DNA of 64,000 nucleotides from an uncultured Methanosarcinales archaeon (GTDB lineage Archaea; Nanobdellota; Nanobdellia; Woesearchaeales; CAYMBN01): NCBI GenBank assembly GCA_964388715.1, contig CAYMBN010000007.1, positions 1 to 64,000 of the forward strand, read 5' to 3'. Shown piece by piece: positions 59,106 to 64,000 of this stretch (position 1 is its first letter; each line of letters starts with the position of its first letter). The notes under the pieces were generated by a model. It saw only the letters and a program-made list of their open reading frames with translations, ran no database searches and was not told where the DNA came from. The position numbers and the translations under genes were made by a program.

Positions 59106-60172
59106 TTTTTCTCAAACTCTTTTCTAAAATACTTAAGCGCTGTTTTAAGATGTGTTGTTGAACATTGACCCAATGCACAAAATGAAGTTTCTGGAATATG
59201 TTCAGCAAGCTCTTCAATCAAATCAAGCTCATTCTTAGTACATTTCTTTTTTTGAAACAATTGTAATAACCTATAATTACCTTCTCTACAAGGAGTACAA
59301 TTTCCACAATTTTCTTCAACAAAAAATTTAGTAATATTACTACACAAATCAGGCACAGACCTTTCCATTCCTACAATAATCAAAGTACCAGAACCAAACA
59401 TTGCCCCTTTTCCACTTACTTTCTCAACAGACAATTCCAATGATTCGTCATAAGGCAAACAACCACCAGCTGCTCCAAAAAACACAGCTTTTGGATCAAT
59501 TGGTTTAGCCTCCAACATCAATTTGTTTAATTGAATCCCTCTTTCTGCTTCATACACTCCAGGATTTTCAACATCACCTGAAATAGAAAATAACATTAAC
59601 TGATTATTCCAATCATCTCTAAAAACTAAAGCAACTCTAGCAAGTGTTTCAACATTATTTATACAAGTTGGCCTTCCAAATAAACCAATCTGAGCAGGGT
59701 AAGGAGGTTTCCTTCTTGTCTCACCCCTTCTTCCCTCAATACTATTCATTATAGCTGTTTCCTCTCCACACAAATAAGAACCAGCACCAACAACAATTTT
59801 AATATCAACACCAGACTGAGCTTTCTTCAAAACTTTTTCAAGTATTTTCTTAAGATAAACATACTCTCTTCTAAGATAAATATAACATTCTTTACATTGT
59901 AAAGCATAACATGCAATATCAATTCCCTCTACTAAAAGTTCAGGATTATTCTCGACAATAAATTTGTCCTTAAATGTACCTGGTTCACCCTCATCAAAAT
60001 TAACAATAAGATATTCAGCTTTTCCAGTTAATTGCCATTTTTTACCTGTTGGAAAATTAGCACCACCTAATCCAATAAGACCTGAATCAACAACTTTCTG
60101 AATAACTTGTTCTGGTTTAAACTTTCTTACTTTTTTCCAACTCTCATAATTATTTTTACTTAAAATCTTCAT
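59096..60172 (-). CDS. hydB: NuoF-like FMN/NADH-binding hydrogenase subunit (short form)
   Basis: GLGGANFPTGKKW, NFDEGEPGTFKD, YLCGEETA, NNVET, ENCGNCTPCREG...FCALG. Confidence 0.92.
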   Translation of the reverse strand: MKILSKNNYESWKKVRKFKPEQVIQKVVDSGLIGLGGANFPTGKKWQLTGKAEYLIVNFDEGEPGTFKDKFIVENNPELLVEGIDIACYALQCKECYIYLRREYVYLKKILEKVLKKAQSGVDIKIVVGAGSYLCGEETAIMNSIEGRRGETRRKPPYPAQIGLFGRPTCINNVETLARVALVFRDDWNNQLMLFSISGDVENPGVYEAERGIQLNKLMLEAKPIDPKAVFFGAAGGCLPYDESLELSVEKVSGKGAMFGSGTLIIVGMERSVPDLCSNITKFFVEENCGNCTPCREGNYRLLQLFQKKKCTKNELDLIEELAEHIPETSFCALGQCSTTHLKTALKYFRKEFEKKCK

Positions 60173-60566
60173 TTTTCAATATTTTTTTTATTTTTTCTTC
60201 ATTTAATTCAGTAAAAACCTTATCATTTATCATCATTGCAGGTGCTTTATCACAACAACCAATACAAGAAGCAATATCAACTGAAAACTTAGCATTACTT
60301 TCACCAGGTTTTAAACCAGTCAACTTTTCAATTATGTCCAAAATATTGTCAGAACCTTTCATATGACAAACAGGACTTTCACAAACCTTAATATGAAACT
60401 TTCCTCTTTTTTCTAAATCAAAAAAAGAATAAAAAGAAGCTGCTTCATACAATTCTCCTACTGAAACTTTAAATTTGTCAGCAACTTTTTTTAAAGATTT
60501 CTCTGACAAAAAACTTTCTTTATCTTGTATCTTTCTAAGTTCATTAAGTATTAATTTATTAACCAT
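60156..60566 (-). CDS. hydC: NuoE-like [2Fe-2S] hydrogenase subunit
   Basis: ASFYSFF, VCESPVCH, CIGCCDKAP. Confidence 0.92.
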   Translation of the reverse strand: MVNKLILNELRKIQDKESFLSEKSLKKVADKFKVSVGELYEAASFYSFFDLEKRGKFHIKVCESPVCHMKGSDNILDIIEKLTGLKPGESNAKFSVDIASCIGCCDKAPAMMINDKVFTELNEEKIKKILKNEDFK

Positions 60567-61087
60567 CTCTTTTCAACCTGCAAAACACCATAAACAAGTA
60601 TTCCCCCTAATAAAGCAGTTGCTAACTGAACAATACCCATTGCTTGCAAGAATACAACAGGCACAATCTTAAGAGAGTACAAAATAAAAGCATATGAAAA
60701 CAATAATAATGCTTTGAAAAAACTTCCACTTATTAAAGTAACAAAGAAATTCTTTTTATTATACCTCTTAAATACATACACAAGCAATGCATTACCTAAC
60801 CATATCATTGGAACAAAGTACAACAAAAATTTTGTTAATGATCCAAACAAAATACCCGCACTAACAGCACCTAATGAAGGCATTATAATCACAGGCAAAA
60901 CCCTATACCCTTTCAATGTAAGAGCACTCCTTATTAAAAATGCATTTACAAAAACTCCTACTAACAATTGTGGATGTTGCAGAAATATAGGTAACAAAAA
61001 ACTAAACATACTTAATATTACCATTTCAATATTTTGATAAAAAATTGAATAATTTAACTGTGTTCGATTAAAATAACCAAAAACCAT
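60551..61087 (-). CDS. Integral membrane protein (ECF S-component-like) in the hydrogenase cluster
   Basis: 5-6 TM segments with PQLLVGVFVNAFL, PMIWLGN and QLATALLGG. Confidence 0.65.
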   Translation of the reverse strand: MVFGYFNRTQLNYSIFYQNIEMVILSMFSFLLPIFLQHPQLLVGVFVNAFLIRSALTLKGYRVLPVIIMPSLGAVSAGILFGSLTKFLLYFVPMIWLGNALLVYVFKRYNKKNFFVTLISGSFFKALLLFSYAFILYSLKIVPVVFLQAMGIVQLATALLGGILVYGVLQVEKRWLIN

Positions 61088-61134
61088 ATTATATCACCCC
61101 ATCAAACATTATTTGCATTAATCATTTAAATAAT

Positions 61135-61440
61135 TTACTTAGTTAGATCATTAACCCACTGTATAAAACTAGGATTTCCCTTCCCAACATCAAATGAAAT
61201 TACACAAGGAACTTCATAAGAATGTAATTCTTTAACCTTTTTAATAACATCTTCAACTAATTCATCCTTTGTTTTCATTATCATCCCAAACTCATCACTA
61301 TGCTCAACCTTACCCTGCCATCTATAAATAGATTTTATAGGAAACATATTAACACATGCAACTAATTTTTCCTCAACCAATGTTGTACTAATTTCTTTTG
61401 CTTCCTCTTCATTCTTAACAGTAACATACATTAATTTCAT
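61135..61440 (-). CDS. cutA: Divalent-cation tolerance protein CutA
   Basis: LVEEKLVACVN, SIYRWQG, LHSYEVP. The start at 61440 forms an ATGA overlap with iscU. Confidence 0.93.
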   Translation of the reverse strand: MKLMYVTVKNEEEAKEISTTLVEEKLVACVNMFPIKSIYRWQGKVEHSDEFGMIMKTKDELVEDVIKKVKELHSYEVPCVISFDVGKGNPSFIQWVNDLTK

Positions 61441-61823
61441 TTTGATCCACCTACACACTTTTGCCTTTTTTTATAATTTTCAATTGCTTTTCTTAAAGCT
61501 TGCACACCCATCACAGAACAATGATATTTTATTTTTGGTAAATCACCTAGTTCTTTAAGAATATCTTTAAAAGTTATTTTCAGTGCATCCTTCAACTTTT
61601 TTCCTTTTGCTAACTGACACATTGCATCTGTTGAAGCTATTGCAGCAACACAACCATAAGTAAGAAACTTGATATCTTTAATAACATCATCCTTTACTTT
61701 AATAAATATCTTCATCATATCGCCACACTTAACATTACCAATCTCACCAATAGCATCTGCATTCTTTAATTCACCTGCATTTTTTGGATGAGTAAAGCGT
61801 TTAAGAGTTTTTTTGGTGTACAT
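61437..61823 (-). CDS. iscU: Fe-S cluster scaffold IscU/NifU-N
   Basis: HPKNAG, GNVKCGD, YGCVAAIAS, LPKIKYHCS. Confidence 0.95.
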   Translation of the reverse strand: MYTKKTLKRFTHPKNAGELKNADAIGEIGNVKCGDMMKIFIKVKDDVIKDIKFLTYGCVAAIASTDAMCQLAKGKKLKDALKITFKDILKELGDLPKIKYHCSVMGVQALRKAIENYKKRQKCVGGSK

Positions 61824-62988
61824 AGTCCATCACCTTCCCTAACGGAGATATTTTTCTTAATTTTTCAATTATTTTTGGCAAAACTTTTAATGCATAATCA
61901 ATCTCTTTTTCAGTTGTAAACCTACTTAAAGTAAGCCTTAAACTACCATTTGCTTCTTCATCACTAAGTCCAATAGCTTTCAAAACATAACTTGGCTCAA
62001 GTGTTTTTGCTGAACATGCAGAACCTGTTGAAGAACAAATCCACTTTTGGTCAAGATATCCTCCTAAAGCTTCTCCTTCAATACTTTTAAATGAAAAATT
62101 AGCATTATTACACAATCGTTTATCACCTTTTGGTCCATTCAGTTTAACACCAGGTATTTGAAGTATACCTTCAATTAATTTATTTCTAAACTGAACCATT
62201 TTTTCAACATGTTTTTTATCCATACCAAGCTTAGCAGCCTCTGCAAACCCAACAATTCCAGGAATATTTTCTGTCCCTGCTCTCAAACCAAATTCATGAG
62301 AACCACCATGCTGCCATTGTTCTATCTTTGTACCTTTTTTAACAAAAAGAGCACCAACACCTTTTGGACCATGAATCTTATGACTATTTAATGTAACTAA
62401 ATCAAGATTTTGTTTTTTAACATCAAGCTCAGTTTTTGTATGACTCTGACAAGCATCAGTATGAAAATAAACATTGTGTTTTTTACAAACCTCTCCTAAC
62501 TTTTCCAAATCCTGAATTGTTCCTATTTCATTATTTCCGTGAATAATTGAAACTAAGATTGTTTTTGGTGTGATAGCTTTCTCAAGTTCCTGTGGGTTAA
62601 TAAATCCTTCACTATCAACATCTAAATAAGTTATTTTAAATCCTTGTTTTTCAAGCCATTCACAACTCTTCAAAACACATTTATGTTCAACTTTTGTTGT
62701 AATAATGTGATTACCTCTATCTTTATTTGTAAAAGCTACTCCTTTCAAGGTCATATTATTTGATTCAGTTCCACCAGAAGTAAATATAATTTCATCTGAA
62801 CTTGCATTAATTGTTTTTGCAATAACTTTCCTTGCTTTTTCCAATGCATCCTTTGAATCATGACCAAAATTGTGTGTTGAGGAAGCATTTCCATACTTTT
62901 CATTAAAATAAGGCATCATAACCTTAACAACTTTAGGGTCTACCATTGTAGAAGCACCATTATCCAAATAAACTACACTAAATCTCAT
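61801..62988 (-). CDS. iscS: Cysteine desulfurase
   Basis: YLDNGAST, FTSGGTE, HTDACQ, SHKIHGPKG, STGSAC. Confidence 0.96.
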   Translation of the reverse strand: MRFSVVYLDNGASTMVDPKVVKVMMPYFNEKYGNASSTHNFGHDSKDALEKARKVIAKTINASSDEIIFTSGGTESNNMTLKGVAFTNKDRGNHIITTKVEHKCVLKSCEWLEKQGFKITYLDVDSEGFINPQELEKAITPKTILVSIIHGNNEIGTIQDLEKLGEVCKKHNVYFHTDACQSHTKTELDVKKQNLDLVTLNSHKIHGPKGVGALFVKKGTKIEQWQHGGSHEFGLRAGTENIPGIVGFAEAAKLGMDKKHVEKMVQFRNKLIEGILQIPGVKLNGPKGDKRLCNNANFSFKSIEGEALGGYLDQKWICSSTGSACSAKTLEPSYVLKAIGLSDEEANGSLRLTLSRFTTEKEIDYALKVLPKIIEKLRKISPLGKVMDYVHQKNS

Positions 62989-63281
62989 TTCTTACACCCC
63001 ACACAACAATGATTTCTAACATGTTTCTCAACTAACTTTAAAATTGGAATAACAGTATCTTTATTTAATGAATAAATCCTTTTTTTCCCTTTCTGCTCAA
63101 CATCAAGTATATGACATGATGCTAACTGCTTAAGACTATGCGATACCTTACTCTGCTCTTCACCAATCTTTGCAGATATTTCAGTCACACTCAATTTACC
63201 ATCAATCAAAGACTTAATAATACTCAATTTAGTCTTATTCGCAAAGTTCATAAAAAAGCTATCATATGACTTACATTTCAT
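62985..63281 (-). CDS. ArsR/SmtB-family regulator
   Basis: FANKTKLSII, SVTEI...EQSKVSHSLKQL, C-terminal HVRNHCC. Confidence 0.88.
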   Translation of the reverse strand: MKCKSYDSFFMNFANKTKLSIIKSLIDGKLSVTEISAKIGEEQSKVSHSLKQLASCHILDVEQKGKKRIYSLNKDTVIPILKLVEKHVRNHCCVGCKK

Positions 63282-63300
63282 ATGAAATAGAATTCATATG
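63279..63300. promoter_or_regulatory. Probable ArsR operator
   Basis: Perfect 8-6-8 inverted repeat CATATGAA-ATAGAA-TTCATATG between the TATA box (63301-63310) and the start codon, which it overlaps. Confidence 0.75.
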
Positions 63301-63323
63301 TTATTTATAAATGTTTTGGTTTT

Positions 63324-63998
63324 TTAGAGAACAATGTAGAATTCTTTTTTTTGTTTAGCTTTTTTTGCTGCATTTTTATAAGTATAATGATATGGATTAT
63401 ACGAAAAATCATAATCTTTTTTTAGAGCAAATTTAGGATAATTTCTTGAAACTATAATATCTTGTATTGTACCTCTGTTTGAATTGATCAATGGAGAAGT
63501 TGGTATAAGTAAACTTTGATACTTAAGTCGTCTTACAATCAATTTAGAAAATCTTACAATCTGATCATATAAACTATCATGCAAAGTAGAAGACAATATT
63601 GAACTAGCTGGCTGAATTGATAAGACTAAATAGTTATTATTTTCCTCAGAAAGTGTTCTGTAAAGAGCTCCACCACAAGCATTATCCTCTTTATCAAAAA
63701 TAATCATCTGCCAAAAGTCAGGAGAATCCCATAATCTTTGATCTGTAGCAACACAAACACCCATATTTAACATTGCCACAGAATGCATCTTTCTTTTTGA
63801 CAATACAAATTTAAAAGGTTTTCCAAGAGGAAAACTTAAATCACCTCTTGGTTTAAACTTTTTCATTTCTTTTCTCATCCCCTCATATTGTTCACCATAT
63901 AAATCATTGAATATTTTTTGAACAAGGTTTTTTTCAATTACATTTTGTGATAAGGAATTTAGCCAATCGTCTATTTGATCTGGAGTTATATCTTTATT
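63324..63998 (-). CDS. Hypothetical protein, 5' end outside the window
   Basis: The frame of ORF 63324..63878 stays open to the window end. Confidence 0.7.
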   Translation of the reverse strand, partial: NKDITPDQIDDWLNSLSQNVIEKNLVQKIFNDLYGEQYEGMRKEMKKFKPRGDLSFPLGKPFKFVLSKRKMHSVAMLNMGVCVATDQRLWDSPDFWQMIIFDKEDNACGGALYRTLSEENNNYLVLSIQPASSILSSTLHDSLYDQIVRFSKLIVRRLKYQSLLIPTSPLINSNRGTIQDIIVSRNYPKFALKKDYDFSYNPYHYTYKNAAKKAKQKKEFYIVL

Positions 63999-64000
63999 CC

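Noticed and set aside
57432..60566. Respiratory complex I NuoEFG
   Set aside because: The large subunit has all three H-cluster motifs, and no Nuo membrane subunits are present.

Overview
AT-rich archaeal DNA, most consistent with a DPANN lineage (Woesearchaeota/Pacearchaeota-like). This is inferred from the prefoldin alpha, ScpA, Rad50 and DUF483 genes, the TATA/BRE leaderless promoters, the GGTGA RBSs and the Cys-rich, Lys-tailed surface proteins. Bases 1-35056 form one co-directional cluster of seven large exported proteins, the last five overlapping. It comprises a Cys-repeat stalk; an Ig/S-layer-like protein with nested insertions; three paralogues that together carry 3+2+2 = 7 beta-propeller blades; a 2212-aa coiled-coil protein with Gly-rich hydrophobic segments (translocator-like); and a 3871-aa signal-peptide protein. 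The 3871-aa protein strings together normally cytoplasmic enzyme domains: a metal TIM barrel, a LanKC/OspF-type phosphothreonine lyase, a Ser/Thr kinase, up to three ADP-ribosyltransferase-like folds, a HEXXH zincin and an HD-GYP domain. The best reading is a candidate contact-dependent multi-effector delivery system of a DPANN episymbiont. The rest holds housekeeping genes, a 121-nt structured intergenic element, a double Fis-HTH regulator with a precisely duplicated two-site operator architecture, another giant Cys-rich protein, and a minimised trimeric [FeFe]-hydrogenase cluster linked to ArsR-IscS-IscU-CutA. All calls are from motif reading; no database searches were run.
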